64,000 nt of DNA from a virus: the IMG/VR virus record IMGVR_UViG_3300027782_000036; one strand, given 5' to 3'. Below, piece by piece: positions 39,259 through 47,664 of this stretch (the first letter of the stretch is position 1; each line of letters begins with the position of its first letter). Below the pieces are notes generated by a model. The model was not told where the DNA came from. It saw only the letters and a list, made by a program, of their open reading frames with translations, and made no database searches. The position numbers were made by a program, and so were the translations under genes.

Positions 39259-42200
39259 ATGGCAACAATTAATAGAACCGTTGCATTTACATCAGGTACT
39301 AGCAGCTGGCAAGTTCCTACGGATTTTGTAAGTTTAGTTTCTATAGAGGCTATTGGTGCTGGTGGTGGATCTTCTACCGTAAATACTGGTAATGGTGGTG
39401 CTGGTGGTGGTGCTTATGCTAAAACAATTTCAGTCACAGGCTTTACAGTTGGTGCAACTCTTAATTATCAAGTAGGTGTTGGTGGTAGTGGAGCAATTGC
39501 CGCTACTGATACATGGGCTAACATAGCTTCAGCGGCCGCTCCTACATTAACAACTCAAGGTGTTTTAGCTAAAGCTGGTGGAAATTCAACCGGAGCATCT
39601 ATTACTCCTGGCGCCGGTGGATTAGCATCTGCCTCTGTAGGTACAACCAAATTTGATGGTGGTACAGGAGGAGCTGGATTTTCAACTGCAAATAACTCTG
39701 CTGCTGGTGGCGGCGGTGGTGCAGCAGGACCTAGTGGAGCTGGTGCAACTGGTGGTGCAGGTTCAGCAGCTGGCAACAGTGCAACTGGCGGCGGTGGTGG
39801 TGGTGCAAATGGAGGTACCGCTGGTACTGCCGGTGGTAGTGGTGGCGCTGGTGGATCTCCTGGTGGTGGAGCTGGTAATGCTGGAAATAGTAGTGCTGGT
39901 ACTACATCAACCATTTATACTATAGATGGAGTTGCATATGGTCCTGGTGGTGGCGGTGGTGGTGCCGGAACTAATGTTATAGGTATAAAAGGCACTGGAG
40001 GTGCTGGTGGTTCATATGGCGGTGGCGCTGGTGGAGGATCAGCTAACGTTTCAGGTGGCGGTGGTCTTATTTTAATTACTTATGTTTCAACTGTTGATCG
40101 TTACTGGGTAGGTGGTGCTGGAACTTGGTCTAGCACTAGTAGAACTAACTGGTCAGTTTCATCTGGAGGAGCATCCGGTGCTTTAGCTCCAACTAGTGAT
40201 GATGTTGTTTATTTTAATGGAAGTTCTGGATCGGGAACAGTTACATTAACAGGTGCCTTATATTGTAAAGGTTTAGTTACTACTGGATCATCGTTTACAT
40301 TTAGCAGCACAGGTACTATAGGTATTTATGGAAACCTAACTCTTTCAGCAACTACTGTATGGAGTGCTACAGGAGCCGTAACAATTGCTGGCACAGGTAC
40401 AATTTCTACAAACAGTATTTCTATGGCATCTCCTTTAACTATTGATGGTGTTGGAATTACAGCAACATTAGGTAGTAATTTTGTCACTACAGGAGCACTT
40501 ACTTTAACTAATGGTACTTTAAATGGAAGCACATTTAATGTATCCGCAAGCACATTCGCTTCTAGTAACAGCAATACTAGAACACTTACTATGGGTTCTG
40601 GCACATGGACATTATCTGGTACAGGCACTGTATGGAATACTGGTACTACAACAGGGCTTACATTTAGTTCTGGAACCACAAATATTATTTTGTCTGATAC
40701 TTCTACTACTGCAAGAACCTTTACACCTGGCTCCGGACAAACGTTTAATGAATTAACTATAGGTGGAACTACAGGAATATCCACTACAACTATTAGCGCT
40801 GGATGCACAATTACAACATTATCAAGCACTAAAACTGTAGCACACACTATTGTTATTACTGCTGGAACTACACTTACTTGCCCAAATTTTAATATTGATG
40901 GTACTTCTGGAAACATCTTTACTTTAAAATCGTCAAGCGCTTCAATAGCAACTTTATCTTCTGCAAACTCATTTACAACAAATTACACATATGTAACAAA
41001 CATAACACTATCTTCAGCAAACGGAACAGTTTCTTATGGACAACTTATTAGTTCAACTGGATGGCTTAATAATAATACTAGTTCAGTTCTAATTGTATTG
41101 TCTTCAGGCACTAGTTATTCTATTCCATCGAATTGGAATAATTCCAACAACACTATTCATCTTTTTGGTGGTGGTGGTGGCGGTGGTGGTGGTGCTACTT
41201 CTGGCACTGGCGCTGGCGGTGGCGGTGGTGGTGGAGGGTATACAAAAATTACTAATTTTGTATCGTCACCTTCAACGAGCATCACTTATGCAATAGGAGC
41301 GGCAGGTTCCGCAGGTTCTGGTACCGGTTCTGGCACTGCGGGTGGTACTGGTGGAACAACATCATGGAACTCTGGGGCATCTACAGCAGGTGGTGGTGGC
41401 GGAGGAGCTAGGGGTGGTACTGGCACTGGAGGCACTGCAGGTGTAGGCACTACATTTAACGGTGGAGCTGGCGGTTCAGGCCGATCAGGTGGAGGATCTA
41501 ACTACGGAGGTGGCGGCGGTGGTGCTGGCGGACCTCTAGGCGCTGGTGGTTCTGGTGGTAATGGCGTTGCAAGTCCAGGTTCTGGTGGTGGTAACGGAGG
41601 CGGTACTGCTGGTGGTACAGGAGCTACTGGTGGTAATAATGCACAAGGTTCTGGCGGTGGTGCTCTTTCTAGTGGTTCTGGATCTAATGGTGGCGGTGGT
41701 GGTCCAGCTAATGCCGGCTCAGGTGGAGGTGGTACCGGTGGAGATGGTATTGATATCTTAGATTATATTGGTGGCGGTGGCGGCGGTGGAGGTGGAGGCG
41801 GAGCCGCAGGTGGTGATGGTGGATCATACGGCGGTGGAGGCGGTGGAGGACCTAATTCTATTTTAGGTGGTGCTGCTGGAGGTGCTGGTAAAAGCGGTAT
41901 TATTATTATTAATTATTTTGCATTTGGCGCTGCCGATGCGTTTTCGGTTTCACCTTCTTCAGGTGCCATTGGAACTGTGGTTACAATATCTGGATCTTCA
42001 TTTAATTCAACATCAAGTGTAACTTTTGGTGGAGTATCAGCATCTTTTATAATTGTAGATGATTTTACAATTATCGCTACTGCACCTACACACAGTCTTG
42101 GTTCAAAAACAGTAGCAGTTACAAACTCGGCAGGTTCAGGAACAACATCTTCATTTACTTATCGAACACCAGGTAATTCAGGTTACAAATTCCCTATATT

Positions 42201-43383
42201 AAACTATGATGGTTCTGTATCAGGCACACTAGTAGACTTTGATGACATGTTTGTTCGAAAAGAATTATTCTTAGATGCTGGACTGTATGCGTGGGGATAT
42301 AATGCTAATGGTATGTTAGGTAATCAAAACACTACATATTACTCATCACCAGTTCAAGTAGGTACATTGACCAATTGGAAACAAGTAGGTGTTAGCCAAA
42401 GGCATACTGCAGCAGTTAAGACTGATGGATCATTATGGACATGGGGTGAAAATACACGTGGTGCATTAGGTGATGGTACTACCGTAGCTAAATCATCACC
42501 AGTTCAAGTAGGATCATCATACGATTGGTTACAAGTAACAGGTGGAGTTGATCAGGATGGTGGATTTGTTGGTTACACTTTAGCCACTAAGACAGATGGT
42601 ACTTTATGGAGTTGGGGTCATAATGCATATGGAGAGTTGGGTCTAAACAACAGAACATATTATTCATCACCAGTTCAAGTCGGTTCTTTAACTAATTGGA
42701 AGCAAGTTGTTGCGCCAAGTAATGGAGAACACGTTGCTGGAATTAAAACAGACGGTACATTATGGATGTGGGGCAGGAATGGCAGTGGCCAACTAGGTAA
42801 CGGTAATACGACAAATTATTCGTCACCAATTCAAATTGGAGCTTTAACTAATTGGAAACAAGTTGCTTGTGGTCAAGCTTTTTCTGCTGCTATCAAAACC
42901 GACGGAACATTATGGATGTGGGGTCAAAATGATCAAGGTCAACTAGGCAATGGTAATAGAACAAACTATCCATCACCAGTTCAAGTAGGTTCTTTAACTA
43001 ATTGGAAGCAAGTTGCTTGTGGGCTTCTATCAACAGCTGCTATTAAAACAGATGGTACATTATGGACATGGGGAAGTAATTCACGTGGTGCATTAGGTAA
43101 CGGTACTACCACATCTTATTCATCACCTATTCAAATTGGAGCTTTAACTAATTGGAAACAAGTTTCTGGCGGAGTTTATTTTTTTTCTATGGTTAAAACA
43201 GATGGAACTTTATGGGCTGTAGGTAGCAACACAGGAGATGGTGGTGTTAATACTGGAGTATTAGGTCAAAATAATCTCACAAACTATTCGTCACCCATTC
43301 AAGTTGGAGCATTAACTAATTGGAAACAAACAGAAACTGGAAGTTTTTCTTGTTTTGCTATATCTTCACCAGACTTGCCATAG
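39259..43383 (+). CDS. Multidomain putative adhesin C: two Gly-rich domains, beta-rich shaft, IPT/TIG-like domain, 7-repeat RCC1 propeller
   Basis: Two Gly-rich domains, RYWVGG...NWS region, SVSPSSG...VTISGSSF...VTFGG (IPT/TIG-like), seven RCC1 repeats. Confidence 0.82.
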   Translation: MATINRTVAFTSGTSSWQVPTDFVSLVSIEAIGAGGGSSTVNTGNGGAGGGAYAKTISVTGFTVGATLNYQVGVGGSGAIAATDTWANIASAAAPTLTTQGVLAKAGGNSTGASITPGAGGLASASVGTTKFDGGTGGAGFSTANNSAAGGGGGAAGPSGAGATGGAGSAAGNSATGGGGGGANGGTAGTAGGSGGAGGSPGGGAGNAGNSSAGTTSTIYTIDGVAYGPGGGGGGAGTNVIGIKGTGGAGGSYGGGAGGGSANVSGGGGLILITYVSTVDRYWVGGAGTWSSTSRTNWSVSSGGASGALAPTSDDVVYFNGSSGSGTVTLTGALYCKGLVTTGSSFTFSSTGTIGIYGNLTLSATTVWSATGAVTIAGTGTISTNSISMASPLTIDGVGITATLGSNFVTTGALTLTNGTLNGSTFNVSASTFASSNSNTRTLTMGSGTWTLSGTGTVWNTGTTTGLTFSSGTTNIILSDTSTTARTFTPGSGQTFNELTIGGTTGISTTTISAGCTITTLSSTKTVAHTIVITAGTTLTCPNFNIDGTSGNIFTLKSSSASIATLSSANSFTTNYTYVTNITLSSANGTVSYGQLISSTGWLNNNTSSVLIVLSSGTSYSIPSNWNNSNNTIHLFGGGGGGGGGATSGTGAGGGGGGGGYTKITNFVSSPSTSITYAIGAAGSAGSGTGSGTAGGTGGTTSWNSGASTAGGGGGGARGGTGTGGTAGVGTTFNGGAGGSGRSGGGSNYGGGGGGAGGPLGAGGSGGNGVASPGSGGGNGGGTAGGTGATGGNNAQGSGGGALSSGSGSNGGGGGPANAGSGGGGTGGDGIDILDYIGGGGGGGGGGGAAGGDGGSYGGGGGGGPNSILGGAAGGAGKSGIIIINYFAFGAADAFSVSPSSGAIGTVVTISGSSFNSTSSVTFGGVSASFIIVDDFTIIATAPTHSLGSKTVAVTNSAGSGTTSSFTYRTPGNSGYKFPILNYDGSVSGTLVDFDDMFVRKELFLDAGLYAWGYNANGMLGNQNTTYYSSPVQVGTLTNWKQVGVSQRHTAAVKTDGSLWTWGENTRGALGDGTTVAKSSPVQVGSSYDWLQVTGGVDQDGGFVGYTLATKTDGTLWSWGHNAYGELGLNNRTYYSSPVQVGSLTNWKQVVAPSNGEHVAGIKTDGTLWMWGRNGSGQLGNGNTTNYSSPIQIGALTNWKQVACGQAFSAAIKTDGTLWMWGQNDQGQLGNGNRTNYPSPVQVGSLTNWKQVACGLLSTAAIKTDGTLWTWGSNSRGALGNGTTTSYSSPIQIGALTNWKQVSGGVYFFSMVKTDGTLWAVGSNTGDGGVNTGVLGQNNLTNYSSPIQVGALTNWKQTETGSFSCFAISSPDLP

Positions 43384-43403
43384 ATCAGTTTTTCTGTTAT
43401 ACT
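43375..43403 (+). promoter_or_regulatory. Sigma70-type promoter TTGCCA-17-TATACT with extended -10 TG
   Basis: -35 at 43375-43380, TG at 43395-43396, -10 at 43398-43403, upstream of the AGGAG RBS and TTG start at 43437. Confidence 0.65.
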
Positions 43404-43436
43404 ATATAATGGTCTAAATTAATTAGGAGTATTGAA

Positions 43437-44831
43437 TTGAGTCGCATTTTAGAATATGAATTTGGCAAAAATGAACCTATTGCTCAGGTTGTTGAATTCT
43501 TAGAAAAAACAAATAACGAAAAACTGGCATCACAACTTCTTGATGTGTATGTTAAGTATTCAAATCAGCTAGAACAATTCAATCTTCTCACCAAACTTTA
43601 TCATGACATTCGTGATAATGCCAAAGCAGAAAAACTTGGCTTAAAAGTTTTAGAGATGGCACCTAGCGAAGAAGCAAAATACAATGTTCGTGCTAATCTT
43701 GCCAAGATGTTTAATCTAATGAACTCACCAGAGAAAGCATTAGAACATATCTCAATCAATCGTCAATTAACACCAAACGATCCTGATACATTATTAGAAA
43801 CTGTATTCTCACTTTATCTTCTTAATCGTAAAGCTGAAGCAGAAGTCATTCTTCGTGACCTCAAAAAGAATCAACATCTATTACCTACACAAAAACTTAA
43901 AGACTTGGTAGACTTCAATCTTGGTACCTATAATATGGAACAAGGTAAGTTTCTAGAAGGTCTTGCTGGGTTTCTATTGAACACCAAGAAGTTAGAGTTA
44001 TGGTTCTCGACTAGAGAGTTACCATACAAATATTGGAACGGTGAAATTATTCCAGGTAAAACGATCATCATGTTTATGGAAGGTGGTGGTATCGGTGATG
44101 AGATGATTGCTGTTCGATTTATGGATCACATCAAAGCCAAAGGCATGAGACCAGTATTCTATACAGGCCGAAAAGATATGTATAACATATTCAACCGTTG
44201 TGGTTATGAAACAGTATTAAATACTGATGCTATGCCACAAGATTCTATGTGGATATATGCGATGCACGTGCCATTAGCATTACAACTCAATGAACAAGAT
44301 GTTAAACGAACTGATCCATATCTTTTCCCATCACAACAAGCCATCGATAAGTTTGCTGATATGAAACAATCTAAGAAGTTTAAGATTGGTGTTCGTTGGC
44401 AAGGTAATGCAAAGAACGAAAGAGATTTACATAGACAAGTTAAACTTGATGATGTGATGACTATGTTGAAAGATGTTTATGGTGATACAGTAGAATATTA
44501 TTCATTACAGATAGAAGACACTGATGGAATGGAACGTTATCCAGAACTCATAGATATATCAGATAGAATCAAATCTTATGATGATACATTTGGATTATTA
44601 CAGAATTTAGATTTGGTGGTAACATCATGCACCTCTGTGTTACATGCAGCTGCTCTAACAGGAACAGAAACACTTGGACTTATTCCAATCTCTGCTTACT
44701 TCACTTGGTTGACTCCATGTCCAAATAGAACAACAACTTGGTATGGTGATAATCTAAAACTATTCAGACAAGTGACGCCTAAAAAATGGGACGAACCAAT
44801 TTCAAAGATGAAAGAATACTTATTAAAATGA
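43437..44831 (+). CDS. TPR-like helical domain + GT-B (GT9-like) glycosyltransferase
   Basis: Helical repeat N-terminus; EGGGIGDEM, KIGVRWQGN, YSLQ, LDLVVTSCTSVLHAAA, WY...LFRQ...W motifs. Confidence 0.75.
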   Translation: MSRILEYEFGKNEPIAQVVEFLEKTNNEKLASQLLDVYVKYSNQLEQFNLLTKLYHDIRDNAKAEKLGLKVLEMAPSEEAKYNVRANLAKMFNLMNSPEKALEHISINRQLTPNDPDTLLETVFSLYLLNRKAEAEVILRDLKKNQHLLPTQKLKDLVDFNLGTYNMEQGKFLEGLAGFLLNTKKLELWFSTRELPYKYWNGEIIPGKTIIMFMEGGGIGDEMIAVRFMDHIKAKGMRPVFYTGRKDMYNIFNRCGYETVLNTDAMPQDSMWIYAMHVPLALQLNEQDVKRTDPYLFPSQQAIDKFADMKQSKKFKIGVRWQGNAKNERDLHRQVKLDDVMTMLKDVYGDTVEYYSLQIEDTDGMERYPELIDISDRIKSYDDTFGLLQNLDLVVTSCTSVLHAAALTGTETLGLIPISAYFTWLTPCPNRTTTWYGDNLKLFRQVTPKKWDEPISKMKEYLLK

Positions 44832-45619
44832 AACTTGATGTAATTCTTAGAACATGTAAAAAATCTACTCTTGAAAATAATTTAAAAGATAAATCTCCAC
44901 AATATCATAGAATTTGTGGTGATGATAGAGAAAAGATGATATTTAGATGTATCAAATCTTTAATTAAATCAATTTCTAAGTCAGAACATGATATTAAATT
45001 AACCGTTTTAGATGATAATTCTGATGTTAATTTTCTAATAAAATTAGATAAACTATTGTCATCATGTAGTAAAAGTGTAGATTTAATTCAATTAGATGAA
45101 TCTGGATTTAATAATTCAGCGTATCAGCAATTTAAATTGGCATCTGAATGTAAAGATTTGGTTTATACCGTTGAAGATGATTATCTACATGAAGAAGATG
45201 CTATTGATAACATGATTGTAGCTTATAATTATTTTTTTAGTGTATTTAAATTAGGTACAGTTATATTTCCTTTTGATTGTCCTTTTAGATATGAATCCGG
45301 TAAAGAAGAACATACATTATTATTACATGATGGTACAAGATATTGGAGACAAGTTAAACATACTTCATATACAATATTAACACATAGTTCTATTTTTAAA
45401 AAACATTTAGATGTATTTTCTAAACTAGCTTTAGAGTATCCTAAAGTGAATGAAGAACACACAATAAATAAATTGTATAAATCTGTAATATCAAATGAAG
45501 GTGAGTTATGTGTTTTTAATCCTATTCCATCTGTAGCATATCATCTTTCTTATCAAGAACCTGTATCAATAAAAACAACACATTTAAATTGGAAAAATCT
45601 TTGGGATAATTATGAATAA
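44828..45619 (+). CDS. Putative GT-A fold glycosyltransferase
   Basis: VILRTC, VLDDNSD, YTVEDDYLH; the probable start is the ATGA overlap at 44828 rather than 44786. Confidence 0.7.
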   Translation: MKLDVILRTCKKSTLENNLKDKSPQYHRICGDDREKMIFRCIKSLIKSISKSEHDIKLTVLDDNSDVNFLIKLDKLLSSCSKSVDLIQLDESGFNNSAYQQFKLASECKDLVYTVEDDYLHEEDAIDNMIVAYNYFFSVFKLGTVIFPFDCPFRYESGKEEHTLLLHDGTRYWRQVKHTSYTILTHSSIFKKHLDVFSKLALEYPKVNEEHTINKLYKSVISNEGELCVFNPIPSVAYHLSYQEPVSIKTTHLNWKNLWDNYE

Positions 45620-46163
45620 AATTAAAAGAAAACTTAGAGAGTTGGTAGAATTGCCATCAGATATTAATCAACACTTATATAATCTTATGGGTTATGCAGA
45701 AGGTTGTGACCATATTACAGAGATGGGTGTTCGTGGTGTTGTTTCTACTTGGGCTTTTCTGGCTGCTAATCCTAAAAAGTTTGTAGGTATTGATATTCTA
45801 GATTGTCCTGTTGATGAATCTAAACAGTTTGCTGAAGAGGCTGGTATTGAATATCAGTTTATCAAAGCAGACACAATTGATCCTAATTTTGAAATAGAAG
45901 AAACAGACTTTCTATTCATCGACACTTTACATTCATACACTCAACTCAAACAAGAATTGGCAAAACATGCCAGTAAAGTAAAACAATATATTGGCTTTCA
46001 TGACACAACAACATTTGGTTTTCAAAATGAACCTGGTGTAACGACTACACCATATTCCGGTTTACGACCAGCAATCATGGAGTTTTTAGAAACACATCCG
46101 GAATGGGTATTTCAAAATACTTGGGACCACAATAACGGTGTTACAATACTGAAACGTAAATGA
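45612..46163 (+). CDS. Class I SAM-dependent methyltransferase (Methyltransf_24-like)
   Basis: ITEMGVRGVVST, GIDI, FLFIDTLH, FHDT, NNGVTIL. Confidence 0.75.
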   Translation: MNKIKRKLRELVELPSDINQHLYNLMGYAEGCDHITEMGVRGVVSTWAFLAANPKKFVGIDILDCPVDESKQFAEEAGIEYQFIKADTIDPNFEIEETDFLFIDTLHSYTQLKQELAKHASKVKQYIGFHDTTTFGFQNEPGVTTTPYSGLRPAIMEFLETHPEWVFQNTWDHNNGVTILKRK

Positions 46164-46891
46164 ATCTATTCTTAGTCACGTCTGCCATATCAACAAACTA
46201 TAGTCTTACATCTAAAGAAGATAGATTAAAAGAAACTATCGATACTGCTTTAAGTATTAAACAGTATGCACCTGATTCTAAAATCATTCTTGTAGAAGGT
46301 GGTAAACCTTTACCTCAAGAGATGAAAGACCAATTAAGTATCTTTGATGAAATATTTGATTTCTCTGACCACGCAGTTCCAAAGATGACACAGAGTGATG
46401 CTCAGCTAGCCGTAGATAACGTTGGTCATTCTATTAAGAGTGCTGGTGAAGCCTATTTACTTAAAGAAGCACTCGCTTTACTTGAAGATAAGTATGATCG
46501 TATATTCAAATTAAGTGGTCGTTATAGACTAACAGAACGATTTAATATTAATGACCATATGCACAAAGATAAGTTTGTGTTTCTACCAAAAGCACCTACA
46601 CAAAAAACAAAAATGGTAGATGCCAATGGTCAAGAAGTCGTAACAAAAACATCGAGTGACTTTTCTCCATGGAGATATGAAACAACATTTTATTCTTTTG
46701 ACAATGTACCAAAAGCGAAGATGACATTTGATTACATATTCAATTCATTGGTAGAAGTGTATTCGGAAAGTAATTACATAGACATAGAAACGGCAACGTA
46801 TTTGACAATCAATAAAGAAGACGTGATTGAGGTGCCGGTGATTGGCTTAACAGGAACTTTAGGTATGGATAATAGGAGTATTGATAAATGA
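46160..46891 (+). CDS. Hypothetical protein, possible divergent glycosyltransferase (paralogue 1)
   Basis: FLVTSAI...IILVEGG...RIFKLSGRY...YIDIE; lies in the GT operon. Confidence 0.5.
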   Translation: MNLFLVTSAISTNYSLTSKEDRLKETIDTALSIKQYAPDSKIILVEGGKPLPQEMKDQLSIFDEIFDFSDHAVPKMTQSDAQLAVDNVGHSIKSAGEAYLLKEALALLEDKYDRIFKLSGRYRLTERFNINDHMHKDKFVFLPKAPTQKTKMVDANGQEVVTKTSSDFSPWRYETTFYSFDNVPKAKMTFDYIFNSLVEVYSESNYIDIETATYLTINKEDVIEVPVIGLTGTLGMDNRSIDK

Positions 46892-47619
46892 GTAATATCT
46901 TTTTAGTGACATCAGCCATTCATGGACCTGGTGGTATGAGTGGACAATTGTCTAGTGATCAACGTATTATGCAAACAGTGAATACGGCTATCAGTATTCG
47001 TAAACATATACCAGACGCTAAAATCTATTTACTTGAAGGTGGTATTATGCCACTTAACATACAGATTAGGCAGATGTTTCTGATGCACTATGATGATATA
47101 TTAGATTACTCTATGTCTGAATTTATTCAATTTGCTCATCGCCAAAGAGATGTTAATAGACAAGAGATTACTGTCATTAAAGGTCCTTGTGAGTCTTATA
47201 TGTTAAGAGAAACTTGTAAGATTTTAACCACAACATTACAAGATAGAATCTTTAAGATTTCTGGTCGATATGAATTGTCTGATGAGTTCAATCTACAAGC
47301 ACATAATGTTCCGGGTAAGTATGTCTTTAAAACCAAAGATGAATGTCTACCATGGTATAAAGATGAAACTAAACCAAACTATTCACCATATCAATATAAG
47401 ACAAGGTTATATTCATTTTGTGGTTCATTAAAAGATATGGCTATCGTTAATTATGATAAGACAATGAATGGTATTTTAGACCTATATGCTAAGAATGATT
47501 ATATTGATATTGAACATATGACTTATCTGACTATAAATCCATCACTTATTCAAGAGATTTCACCTGTTGGATTGACTGGTTCTTTTGCAGAAGTGCCAGA
47601 TTCTATAATCAAAGAATAA
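46888..47619 (+). CDS. Hypothetical protein, possible divergent glycosyltransferase (paralogue 2)
   Basis: FLVTSAI...IYLLEGG...RIFKISGRY...YIDIE; ATGA overlap with paralogue 1. Confidence 0.5.
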   Translation: MSNIFLVTSAIHGPGGMSGQLSSDQRIMQTVNTAISIRKHIPDAKIYLLEGGIMPLNIQIRQMFLMHYDDILDYSMSEFIQFAHRQRDVNRQEITVIKGPCESYMLRETCKILTTTLQDRIFKISGRYELSDEFNLQAHNVPGKYVFKTKDECLPWYKDETKPNYSPYQYKTRLYSFCGSLKDMAIVNYDKTMNGILDLYAKNDYIDIEHMTYLTINPSLIQEISPVGLTGSFAEVPDSIIKE

Positions 47620-47626
47620 AAACTAG

Positions 47627-47634
47627 CATAAATA
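47627..47634 (+). promoter_or_regulatory. Late promoter (CATAAATA) for the neck/terminase genes
   Basis: Intergenic NATAAATA upstream of gp13. Confidence 0.7.
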
Positions 47635-47664
47635 GATCATAATAACCGACTTAAATGGATAATT

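Noticed and set aside
35270-43383. Diversity-generating retroelement acting on RCC1 repeats
   Set aside because: No reverse transcriptase or non-coding template repeat in the window. Differences between the near-identical blades at ~35570 and ~36060 are not confined to adenines.
22560-43383. CRISPR-like or non-coding repeat arrays
   Set aside because: All repeats are in-frame coding repeats with synonymous variation (collagen, heptad, RCC1); no cas genes.
44786-44827. Longer start for the GT-A gene
   Set aside because: The ATGA stop-start overlap at 44828 fits the coupling used throughout this operon.
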